Assembly: GCA_017935525.1 (NCBI GenBank)
Contig: JAGBHJ010000122.1
Location: forward strand, 1-33,531
Length of the DNA: 33,531 nucleotides
From: Clostridia bacterium
GTDB taxonomy: Bacteria > Bacillota > Clostridia > HGM11327
Direction of reading: 5' to 3'
Shown here: positions 10,544 through 18,229 of the stretch, in pieces
Layout of the letters: every line of letters begins with the position of its first letter
Numbering within the stretch: position 1 is the stretch's first letter
Position numbers and translations under genes: made by a program
Notes under the pieces: generated by a model
The model's input: the letters and a program-made list of their open reading frames with translations, nothing else
Told to the model about the DNA's origin: nothing
The model's database searches: none

Positions 10544-11761
10544 TTACTTTCTGTCAATGCGGAACAGCATCATCTGTCCGGGGTAAAGTATCAAGCCCAT
10601 GCTCTCTGAATTCGGGTCAGACGAGCCGTTAAACGGCATCTTAACCTTACCGTTCAGCCTGTATTCTGTCACGGATGCCTTTGTGGAATCATAAACAAAG
10701 CGATAATCCGCAGGCTGCTTTCTTTCTGTGTTAACAAGGGCACAATACTCATTTCCCTCTGCATCCTCAAAAAAGCTCAGCATACCGTTCTCAAAGCTTC
10801 TGATCTCCTTGATAATGTCGTGACACTTGTTGCTGAATATGGGGAATGAGCCATACTGGAAGCCTATAAGATACGTGCTCTTTCTCTTAAGAGTGGGCAT
10901 GATCTCACCAAACTGCGCCATAAATCTTCTCTGGCAACGCATAAGCATCCAATACTGCTCCGTCTTGTAGCCGAATTCATCAATGGGGGAACCGTAGCAC
11001 TCGGGACCAACTGCTCTGTCGTACAGTCTGAACCAGGAAATACCCTTTGCACCTGCCGCAGCCGCCGTTGTGATCTCAAGCATGAATTCATATTCCGTAG
11101 GCACCCTGAAGCACCAATGTCCCGACGCAAGGGACGTCAGCCACCAATCAACACCGGCAGCCTCTGCAGCCTCCGCATGAGTCTTAAGGCTATGGAGGTA
11201 TCCTCTGAAGCCTCCGTCATTTATCATCTGGGAATACTCGTCCCACGTGTAGTAATCAACACCGGTTTCGTCCTTAAAGTATTTCAGCCATTCGGTAAAC
11301 GTTCTGCCTCCCAGCTTTTCCCTGGAGTCATTCATAGTGCTTCCGCGCAGATTGATCCACGGATTAAGCTCGGGAGCTACCTTCTTTTGTATCTTAAGTG
11401 CCTTTATCGTATTTTCAAGCGCATCCTTACTGTTGGGCTCATCGCCACAGTAGAAGCCGTACAAGCCGGGGTGACCCTTTACCTGCTCGTATATTCTGCG
11501 GAAGTTCTCCTCGTACTTTTCCTCACCCATTGAACCCAAAGCCCAATAAGATGTTGAGCCGACGTTGGCTATAAGCTGGATGCCGTTTTCAAAAGCCTTA
11601 TCAAGATACTTTTTCAGCTCAACCAAGTCTTCATCGCTGCCACTCATAGAAGCCGACATGGGCACCGTCAAGCCAAGCTCTGCCCAGCTGTCCACGTCAT
11701 CGGGTGTGATCTCCTTTATAGTAGGGTACACCCAAGCACTAAATTGAAATTTCTTTGCCAT
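10544..11761 (-). CDS. uncharacterised glycoside-hydrolase-like protein, array paralog P4
   Basis: 405-aa ORF with ATG at 11761. It carries KGHPGLYGFYCGDEP and is closest to P5. Confidence 0.85.
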   Translation of the reverse strand: MAKKFQFSAWVYPTIKEITPDDVDSWAELGLTVPMSASMSGSDEDLVELKKYLDKAFENGIQLIANVGSTSYWALGSMGEEKYEENFRRIYEQVKGHPGLYGFYCGDEPNSKDALENTIKALKIQKKVAPELNPWINLRGSTMNDSREKLGGRTFTEWLKYFKDETGVDYYTWDEYSQMINDGGFRGYLHSLKTHAEAAEAAGVDWWLTSLASGHWCFRVPTEYEFMLEITTAAAAGAKGISWFRLYDRAVGPECYGSPIDEFGYKTEQYWMLMRCQRRFMAQFGEIMPTLKRKSTYLIGFQYGSFPIFSNKCHDIIKEIRSFENGMLSFFEDAEGNEYCALVNTERKQPADYRFVYDSTKASVTEYRLNGKVKMPFNGSSDPNSESMGLILYPGQMMLFRIDRK

Positions 11762-11772
11762 ATCTTAACCTA

Positions 11773-13008
11773 TTACTTTCTGTCAATACTAAACAGTATC
11801 ATCTGTCCGGGGTAAAGTATCAAGCCCATATTTGCAGCTTCGGGGTCGGATGAGCCCGTAAATGGCATCTTGACCTTACCGTTGAGCCTGTACTCCGTAA
11901 AGGAGGCCTTTGACCCGTCATAAATAATTCTGAAATCTGCCTGCTGCTTCTTTTCAAGATTTACCAGCGCACAGAATTCCTTGCCGTCCGCACCCTCAAA
12001 GAAGCTTACCAATCCGTTCTCAAAGCATCTGATCTCCTTGATCACGTCGTGGGACTTGTTACTGAATATGGGGAACGAGCCGTACTGGAAGCCAATCAGG
12101 CAGGTCTTCTTTCTCTTAAGACCCAGCATGATCTCACCAAACTGCTGCTGGAATCTTCTCTGACAACGCATCAAAGCCCAGTAATGCTCCGTCTTGCAGC
12201 CATACTCATCAATGGGTGAGCCGTGGTAGTTGGGGGCAATCTTTCTGTCATACAGTCTGAACCAGCAAACGCCCTTTACACCGCAAGCCGCCGCAGTTGT
12301 GATCTGCCACATATATTCATACTCCGTAGGAATACGGAACGCCTCATGGGCGCTGGAAAGCAACGTTGCCCAGCACTCAACGCCTGCCTCATCCGCCGCA
12401 TCAGCGTTTGCCTTAAGTGTTTCAAGATATATTCTTACACCGCCATCGTTGATGGTCTGTGCGTATTCATCAAACGTATAATAATCAACGCCTGTTTCTT
12501 CCTTAACGTACTTGAGCCACTGGGGAAACGTTCTGCCGCCCAAAAGGTCGGGAGTGTACTCCTTTGCCGCACTTCCCTGAAGGTTTATCCACGGATTAAG
12601 CTCGGGAGCGATCCTCTTTTGTATCTTTAACACCTTTACTGTGTTCTCAAGGCTTTCCTTTGTGCCGGGCTCATCACCGCAGAAGAAGCCGTACAGCGCA
12701 GGGTGCCCCTTGATCGCATTATATATTCTTATAAAGTTCTTCTCATACGCTTCTTCCGTCACACCGGCATTCAGAGAATAGTATGCCAGACAGGGCACGT
12801 TTGCAATAAGCTTTATTCCAAGCTCCTGAGCTCTGTCGAGGTATTTTTTGAATTCCTCAAGCTCTGCTTCGCTGCCGCCAATGCTTCCGGCAAGTGTTAC
12901 AGTCAAGCCCAGCTCCGCCCACGTATCGACCTCATTGGGTGTAAACTCCTTCTGGTCCGGATATACCCATGCTCCAAAAGGATATTTTGTTGTGGTATCC
13001 TTTGTCAT
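11773..13008 (-). CDS. uncharacterised glycoside-hydrolase-like protein, array paralog P5
   Basis: 411-aa ORF with ATG at 13008 and an AGAGGTGG SD. It carries KGHPALYGFFCGDEP. Confidence 0.85.
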   Translation of the reverse strand: MTKDTTTKYPFGAWVYPDQKEFTPNEVDTWAELGLTVTLAGSIGGSEAELEEFKKYLDRAQELGIKLIANVPCLAYYSLNAGVTEEAYEKNFIRIYNAIKGHPALYGFFCGDEPGTKESLENTVKVLKIQKRIAPELNPWINLQGSAAKEYTPDLLGGRTFPQWLKYVKEETGVDYYTFDEYAQTINDGGVRIYLETLKANADAADEAGVECWATLLSSAHEAFRIPTEYEYMWQITTAAACGVKGVCWFRLYDRKIAPNYHGSPIDEYGCKTEHYWALMRCQRRFQQQFGEIMLGLKRKKTCLIGFQYGSFPIFSNKSHDVIKEIRCFENGLVSFFEGADGKEFCALVNLEKKQQADFRIIYDGSKASFTEYRLNGKVKMPFTGSSDPEAANMGLILYPGQMILFSIDRK

Positions 13009-13019
13009 TTTGCCACCTC

Positions 13020-14201
13020 TTACTTCCTGTCAATTCTGAACAAAAGCATCTGACCCGGGTATGCATCCAACGGCTCACCGTAGTCTCCAAGCTTATGCTG
13101 GATAGAACCGTTGCGCTCAAGCATTACAACGTCAGCCTTTGAGCTGTCATAGGTAAGATCAAAATGTGTCGGCTGAGTCATTTCGGCGTTTACAAGTGCA
13201 AAATATTCCTTACCCTCAGCATCCTCAAAGAAGCTTATAACGCCTCTTTCAAACAGATCGAGGGACTTAACAACGTCGTGGCAATGCTCGTTGAACATTG
13301 TATAGCTCATTCTGGGGAAGCCTGTAAGATATGATTTCTTCCAATTAAGATCCAGCATTATCTGACCAAACTGATCCTGGAATCTTCTCTGGCAGCGCAT
13401 CAGCATATTATACTGCTCCGTCTTGTAGCCAAACTCATCAATAGGTGAGCCATGATACTCGGGAGCGATGGCCTTGTCGTACAGTCTGAACCACACGATA
13501 CCCTTACAGCCCAATGCAGCCGCATGAGTGATAGCCCACATAAACTGGTATTCCGTAGGAATTCTGTATGACCAGTGTGCGCTGGAAAGCAGAGTTGCCC
13601 AGCAATTAACGCCTGCAGTCGCAGCAGCCTCGTTCTGCGCCTTCATGCATCTGTAGAAGTTTGTTACGCCACCGTCGTTGATGGTCTGATCGTAAATATC
13701 AAAGCAGAATTCGTCACAGCCGTTTCTCGTCATAAATTACGTAATAAAATCGGGGTACTTTTTGCCGGGGAATATGTGGCGATGCTCAAATGTGCCGCCC
13801 ATAAGGTTGATGTAGGGATTCAGGTTGGGAGCGACCTCCTTCTGTGCCTTCATCTCCTTAATAACGTATTCTACTGCGGCGGGATTGCCCGGCTCGTCAC
13901 CAATAAAGAAACCGTAAATTGCAGGGTGCTTCTGCAGCTTTACCTCATAAAGCTCCTTAAAACGCGCCTTGTACTCGTCTTCGTTATTGGCGTTGCCAAT
14001 ACCCGTTACCCAAACGATCAGCTGAATATCTCTTTCCTGCGCTCTGTCAAGAAAAGGAAGAAGCTTCTCCGCCTCATCGTAACCTGCGATGGACGACATC
14101 GTTACCGTCAAGCCCATGTCAGCCCAAACGTCTACCTCATCGGGAGTAAACTCGTTTACAGAATTGTACACCCATGCTCCAAAAGGGAATTTTTTAGTCA
14201 T
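13020..14201 (-). pseudogene. array paralog P6, interrupted by one in-frame TAA (or a naturally split gene)
   Basis: ORFs 13737..14201 (154 aa, N-terminal part with FFIGDEP) and 13020..13733 (237 aa, C-terminal part) are in the same frame. They are separated by TAA (13739-13737), one Phe codon, then an ATG (13733-13731). Together they align collinearly with P5. Confidence 0.65.
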
Positions 14202-14284
14202 AAATTATCCATCCTTTCAATATAAAAAACCTGCGTTAGCCCTGCAGGGATGTTGTGCTGTTTCATTATCTTTGCATAGTAATA

Positions 14285-14313
14285 AGTTTATCACACCGGC
14301 TGTCATTTGTCAA
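14285..14313 (-). promoter_or_regulatory. promoter of the paralog array
   Basis: The minus strand reads TTGACA (14313-14308), a 17-nt spacer, then TAAACT (14290-14285), preceded by TGa (extended -10). It lies about 85 nt upstream of the P6 ATG. Confidence 0.6.
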
Positions 14314-14368
14314 TAGTTTTTTAGATATCTAACTAATTTTTTATTATCAAACTGCCAACTATTCTTAA

Positions 14369-14404
14369 TAAAAAATCGACAGAGGACTGATCTCCTCCGT
14401 CGAT
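14369..14404 (-). terminator. rho-independent terminator of the acyltransferase gene
   Basis: A 12-bp stem with one mismatch (14375-14386 pairing with 14393-14404) and a 6-nt loop. It is followed on the minus strand by TTTTTATT. Confidence 0.75.
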
Positions 14405-14465
14405 ATCGTGCCTTATATATTCCCCGTTAAACGCAACCGTCAACAGCCGCACGAGGAAAAATCCA

Positions 14466-15524
14466 TTATTGTAAAGTACGTTTTTTCCGTCCCAGCAATA
14501 TAGGGCAGAACCTATTGATCACCAGCTCCGCCACAACGCACATCACTATGCATATCACGGACACAGCAATGCCCACTATCACGGAATTCTGCTTCAGATA
14601 CACCTTTACCACGGGGCACAGCGTCTGAAAGAACACCACGGGGAATTTGTGCATCACCATTATGCCAAGGGTATTCTGTCCCACAAATTCAAGGGAGGTA
14701 CAGCTTTTGATGGACATACAAACCAGCACTATGCCCACCACGCTGCACAGCGCAGCCAGAAAATACAGCTCTATGTGTCCGTAGGCGTTGCTGGTGTAGC
14801 CAACCTTGCCGTTCAGGATCGACAGCACCAAGCCCGACAGCATAAACAAGCCGCCGTAGCCCAGCTTTGTGCCCGTGGGAAGTCCCAATATTGTCCTCTC
14901 CATTCCCGAAAGCCTGAACACGTACCCCAGCATAAAGAACGCAAACAGATGAATGCCGCTTTGCATACTATACGGGATAAACTTAATATGCAGTAGGTAC
15001 TTATTGACAGGCAACCACAACGCGCACAGCACAAGCACAAGCAACGCTCTGTTTTTCCTTACAATATAAACATTGGACTTTTTTATCCATTTGTCAATTC
15101 GCCATGCACCCAGCTGGAGCAAGAATATACACGGCAGATACCACAGCGGAGCGTTGGTATCGCATATACCAAGGATAACGTTTTTGATCTGCTGAGGAAT
15201 GGACCCCACCACTCTGTTGCTCGCTAACGAATCCTGCACAAAGGAACCCATCACGGCAAATATGCTGACGCTGATTACCGAAAAGATAGCGTATGGCACC
15301 AAAAAGCTAAACGCCCTTTGACTTGCAAACCTCTTAAAGCCGTCCTTCCCTGCAGAAAATACAAATCCCGACAAAAACAGAAACAACGGCAGATGGAACG
15401 AATACACATACTTATTTGCATCGCCTGCCTGCACCGCGTGGCCAAAAACTATGGCAAAAATACCTATTGCCTTGGCGTAATCCACCCACGGGATATGCTT
15501 TTTATTTATGGAAAGAATTTTCAC
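14466..15524 (-). CDS. acyltransferase family 3 (AT3) integral membrane O-acyltransferase
   Basis: 352-aa polytopic membrane ORF whose N terminus (KHIPWVDYAKAIGIFAIVFGH) is typical of AT3 proteins. GTG start at 15524 with an AAGGATAAGGGA SD region. Confidence 0.75.
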   Translation of the reverse strand: MKILSINKKHIPWVDYAKAIGIFAIVFGHAVQAGDANKYVYSFHLPLFLFLSGFVFSAGKDGFKRFASQRAFSFLVPYAIFSVISVSIFAVMGSFVQDSLASNRVVGSIPQQIKNVILGICDTNAPLWYLPCIFLLQLGAWRIDKWIKKSNVYIVRKNRALLVLVLCALWLPVNKYLLHIKFIPYSMQSGIHLFAFFMLGYVFRLSGMERTILGLPTGTKLGYGGLFMLSGLVLSILNGKVGYTSNAYGHIELYFLAALCSVVGIVLVCMSIKSCTSLEFVGQNTLGIMVMHKFPVVFFQTLCPVVKVYLKQNSVIVGIAVSVICIVMCVVAELVINRFCPILLGRKKRTLQ

Positions 15525-15562
15525 GGCACGTTCCCTTATCCTTTACAACATTATACTATTAT

Positions 15563-15591
15563 ATTATAACATACATCCCTTAAATTTACAA
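15563..15591 (-). promoter_or_regulatory. candidate promoter of the acyltransferase gene
   Basis: The minus strand reads TTGTAA (15591-15586), a 17-nt spacer, then TATAAT (15568-15563). It is divergent from the HAD gene promoter. Confidence 0.5.
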
Positions 15592-15652
15592 TCAGTTTGA
15601 TCGGCTTATTATTTGAAAAAACTGTTTTGGAAAAACTGTTTTGGAAAAGGAC

Positions 15653-15681
15653 TTGACAAACCGTCGATTACAAAGTATAAT
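15653..15681 (+). promoter_or_regulatory. promoter of the HAD phosphatase gene
   Basis: TTGACA (15653-15658), a 17-nt spacer, then TATAAT (15676-15681). It lies 27 nt upstream of ATG 15709, with an AAGGAGG SD at 15697-15703. Confidence 0.7.
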
Positions 15682-15708
15682 ATTGTATATTACTTCAAGG
15701 AGGTCCCC

Positions 15709-16467
15709 ATGGTAAAATTACTGGTATGTGACGTTGACGGCACACTTCTCCCCTACGGCAAAGCCGCACTTCCCACGGATATAGCAGATGCACTTTTATC
15801 CGCAGCGGAAAAGGGTATCACTCTTGCCATTGCATCGGGCAGGGCATATACGGACCTCTCAGAGCTTTTTTCGCCCCTTGGCAGCAAGCGGGACGATATC
15901 TATTTTATCTCACACGACGGCGCTCTTACCGTCCACCACGGCAAGGTGCTTTTCCACCAGGCGATCTCCATGGATGCTATCCGCAGGTTTGTTCAATTAT
16001 ACAGGGACTGCCCCACGCTGGCGCTTTACTCTGCGGAAAATTGCTACCTGCTTAAGGGCAACAGCAAATTTGTAAAGGGCAACTCCACCCCCATCAGCAA
16101 TCTATTTGACATTAAGGAGCAGATATACAAGGTAGCGGCGTATGACGACGCCCTCACCCCCATGCAGGAGCCCACTTTCCCAATTACGGGGCTCAGGCTT
16201 TGCTCAAAAAGCCCGGGATGTATTGAATACGTCACATCCTTGGCAAGCAAGGGCACGGCGGTTTCCGACCTGCAGATGAGGTTGTTTATGAACAAGCTGG
16301 ACACTGCCGCCATTGGCAATTACCTCAATGACGTCAAGATGCTGAAAAACGCAAAATACTCCGCCGCAATGGCATCCTCCCCCGAGGAAGTCAAGGCTTC
16401 TGCCCTTTGCACGGTGGATAACGCCGCCGATTTTATCAAGTGGTGTATCACGCAAACGGGGAAATAA
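15709..16467 (+). CDS. Cof-type HAD-IIB family phosphatase
   Basis: The track ORF 15613.. starts at a TTG and would read through its own promoter, so I trimmed it to ATG 15709 (MVKLLVCDVDGTLL, the DxDxT motif I). ASGR is motif II. Motif IV reads GNYLNDVKM rather than the usual GDxxND. Confidence 0.8.
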   Translation: MVKLLVCDVDGTLLPYGKAALPTDIADALLSAAEKGITLAIASGRAYTDLSELFSPLGSKRDDIYFISHDGALTVHHGKVLFHQAISMDAIRRFVQLYRDCPTLALYSAENCYLLKGNSKFVKGNSTPISNLFDIKEQIYKVAAYDDALTPMQEPTFPITGLRLCSKSPGCIEYVTSLASKGTAVSDLQMRLFMNKLDTAAIGNYLNDVKMLKNAKYSAAMASSPEEVKASALCTVDNAADFIKWCITQTGK

Positions 16468-16481
16468 ACAAGAAATAAAAC

Positions 16482-16525
16482 AAGAGCAAGAAAGCGGCAG
16501 ACTGCCCAATTCTTGCTCTTTTGTT
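16482..16525. terminator. bidirectional terminator between the convergent HAD and udk-like genes
   Basis: An 11-bp perfect stem, AAGAGCAAGAA (16482-16492) pairing with TTCTTGCTCTT (16510-16520). T-rich tracts follow the stem on both strands. Confidence 0.7.
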
Positions 16526-17081
16526 ATTGGTTTACACGTTTTAATATTGCATCCTTTACCATGTCGCAGACAAGGCTCTTGTCCCCCGAGCCGTTGACGA
16601 TCACATCTGCGATCCACTTGGTAGGCTCCACATACTGGTCATGGCGAAATCTTACCATATTAAGGAACACGTCCGTTACCTGTTCAAAGCTCTGTCCCCA
16701 CTGGGCATTTCGTTTGATCCTTCGGGCAAGCCTTTCGTCAGATCTGCAATCCACAAATATCTTCAGATCCAGGCAATCCCTGGTATGCTCATCCCACAGC
16801 ACCAAAAGTCCCTCGGCAATGATCACGTCATTATCCTCTGCTATCATGCCGTCAAGGTCCCTGTGGAAGCCCTGCCAGTCGATAGTGTCGGGACAATTGT
16901 CGTCAACATAAACCTTGCCGTTCAGATGGGACGCCACGTGAGGTCTTTCACTCTCCCGCTTAAAATAGCTGTCCATGTGGATAACACCGATCTTTACATC
17001 GCCAAGCGCGTCCACCAAAAGGTCTGTAAAGGTGGATTTGCCGCTGGCGGTACCGCCCGCTATTCCCACAACCGTTTTCAC
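16524..17081 (-). CDS. udk: uridine kinase / PRK-family nucleoside kinase
   Basis: 185-aa ORF with the P-loop GIAGGTASGKST plus MDSYF and a VIIAEG...LDLKIFVDCRSDERLARRIKR block that is collinear with Udk. GTG start at 17081 with a GGGGGTGA SD. Confidence 0.6.
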   Translation of the reverse strand: MKTVVGIAGGTASGKSTFTDLLVDALGDVKIGVIHMDSYFKRESERPHVASHLNGKVYVDDNCPDTIDWQGFHRDLDGMIAEDNDVIIAEGLLVLWDEHTRDCLDLKIFVDCRSDERLARRIKRNAQWGQSFEQVTDVFLNMVRFRHDQYVEPTKWIADVIVNGSGDKSLVCDMVKDAILKRVNQ

Positions 17082-17116
17082 ACTTTCACCCCCAATCGTT
17101 TTTATACATCCATGAT

Positions 17117-17145
17117 ATTATATAACAAAAGGTATTATTTGTCAA
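17117..17145 (-). promoter_or_regulatory. promoter of the udk-like gene
   Basis: The minus strand reads TTGACA (17145-17140), a 17-nt spacer, then TATAAT (17122-17117). The -35 box overlaps a 19-bp perfect palindrome. Confidence 0.65.
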
Positions 17146-17244
17146 TCAATCATTGATTGATGAAGATATTTATTTAGATCAGGATAGCTTCCTTAAAAAT
17201 ACAAGATGATAAATTGTGGTCCTTTCGTAAAAAATTCTCAAAAG

Positions 17245-17457
17245 CATAAAAATAATACAAAAAAGCACTCGACAAATTCAATAAGCATATGTTAAAATAA
17301 TAATAGGTAACGGTAACGTACCAATAAAATTAAAAGAAGAATTATTATGAGAAGTTTTATCAGAATCATGCTGGCATCATTACTTTGTATTGCTATGCTG
17401 GCAGGCTGTGCGGCTGACCCCGGTGGCTCTCCAAGTCTTGATGGCACACCTACGGCT
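17245..17457 (+). repeat. inverted-repeat copy B (decayed copy of the lipoprotein gene promoter, leader and signal-peptide region)
   Basis: It aligns collinearly with the reverse complement of 23272-23483, with one 1-nt indel. Identity is roughly 85-90 percent by eye. Confidence 0.85.
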
Positions 17458-17466
17458 GACGGATGA
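17347..17466 (+). pseudogene. 39-codon relic of a lipoprotein (solute-binding-protein paralog) gene
   Basis: It encodes MRSFIRIMLASLLCIAMLAGCAADPGGSPSLDGTPTADG-stop, compared with MRSFIRIALASLLCIAVLTGCAADPSGSPSLEGTPTAV... in the 740-aa gene. Its -35 box is TCGACA and its SD is GAAG, both degraded relative to the intact copy. Confidence 0.7.
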
Positions 17467-17497
17467 GAGGTTACAAGCCCCCTACCATCGTGTATAT

Positions 17498-17531
17498 AAA
17501 AAAACCCTCGCACAAATTCTACGTGCGAGGG
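17498..17531 (-). terminator. rho-independent terminator of the beta-helix/GH172/SGNH operon
   Basis: Perfect 9-bp stem, CCCTCGCAC (17505-17513) pairing with GTGCGAGGG (17523-17531). Seven T residues follow on the minus strand. Confidence 0.8.
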
Positions 17532-17540
17532 TATATGATC

Positions 17541-18218
17541 TCAAAGAATGATCTTGAATAATTCTTCCGCAAAAAGCTCGTGCATTTCCCGCGTAGGGTG
17601 GTTGACCCTGTTGACAAGAAGCTGCGTTACGTCCTCCGTCTTGGCAAGCTCCTTCCACTTGCCGTAGCAATCGCACACGGTGACCCCTGCCCTTTGTGCA
17701 GAGCTGATACCTGCGTCAACAAAGGCGTCCATTTTTCCGCCGTTCTGCATTTGGGCGGTCTTTGCCGCAAACTCACGAAGCTCGGGTGCCACGTCGGGGG
17801 CTACGTAGGTGTTCATCATGTTTGGCGTCATAAATATGACCTGATCACACCTTTCCTTGCAACGGGCAAATATCTCGTCAAGGGCGTTGACGTATTCGTT
17901 TATGTCGCCATGGACGTCATTCAGCCCAAAGCAAATTATAATGCAATCGGGGTTGTGGCAGAGGGCTTGGCTTTCCAGCCTTTTTACACCCATTGCGGCA
18001 GTGGTGCCGCCAATACCCGCATTGATCACGTTTACATTTATCTGGTGACTTACCGCATTGATCTTTTTGCGGAGTCTGTTCCAATACACCGTATCAAAAT
18101 CAGCCTCGTCGCCATCCAGCCAACCAAAGGTTACGCTGTCGCCAAATGCAACGATGGTTATTGGGCCTTTTTCTATCAGATCATAAACGTTTCCAAAAAG
18201 CTTTTCTTTAATACTCAT
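17541..18218 (-). CDS. SGNH/GDSL-family hydrolase (esterase)
   Basis: 225-aa ORF with block I VAFGDSVTFGW, block III FGLNDV and a C-terminal NHPT block. It has no signal peptide. The ATG lies 11 nt after the GH172 stop. Confidence 0.75.
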   Translation of the reverse strand: MSIKEKLFGNVYDLIEKGPITIVAFGDSVTFGWLDGDEADFDTVYWNRLRKKINAVSHQINVNVINAGIGGTTAAMGVKRLESQALCHNPDCIIICFGLNDVHGDINEYVNALDEIFARCKERCDQVIFMTPNMMNTYVAPDVAPELREFAAKTAQMQNGGKMDAFVDAGISSAQRAGVTVCDCYGKWKELAKTEDVTQLLVNRVNHPTREMHELFAEELFKIIL

Positions 18219-18229
18219 CTTCTACTCCA

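Larger units (their letters stand above)
6839..14201 (-). repeat. tandem array of six gene-length repeat units (about 1.19-1.29 kb each)
   Basis: Start codons lie at 8032, 9322, 10531, 11761, 13008 and 14201. Every unit ends with a conserved nucleotide block encoding ...YPG(Q/L)M...(R/S)IDR(K/R)-stop. Confidence 0.9.

Noticed and set aside
14466-18218. The AT3 acyltransferase plus SGNH hydrolase as a split OatA-like O-acetylation pair.
   Set aside because: The two genes are in different transcription units about 2 kb apart. The SGNH protein has no signal peptide or TM segment, so it should be cytoplasmic. An OatA-type partner domain acts outside the membrane.
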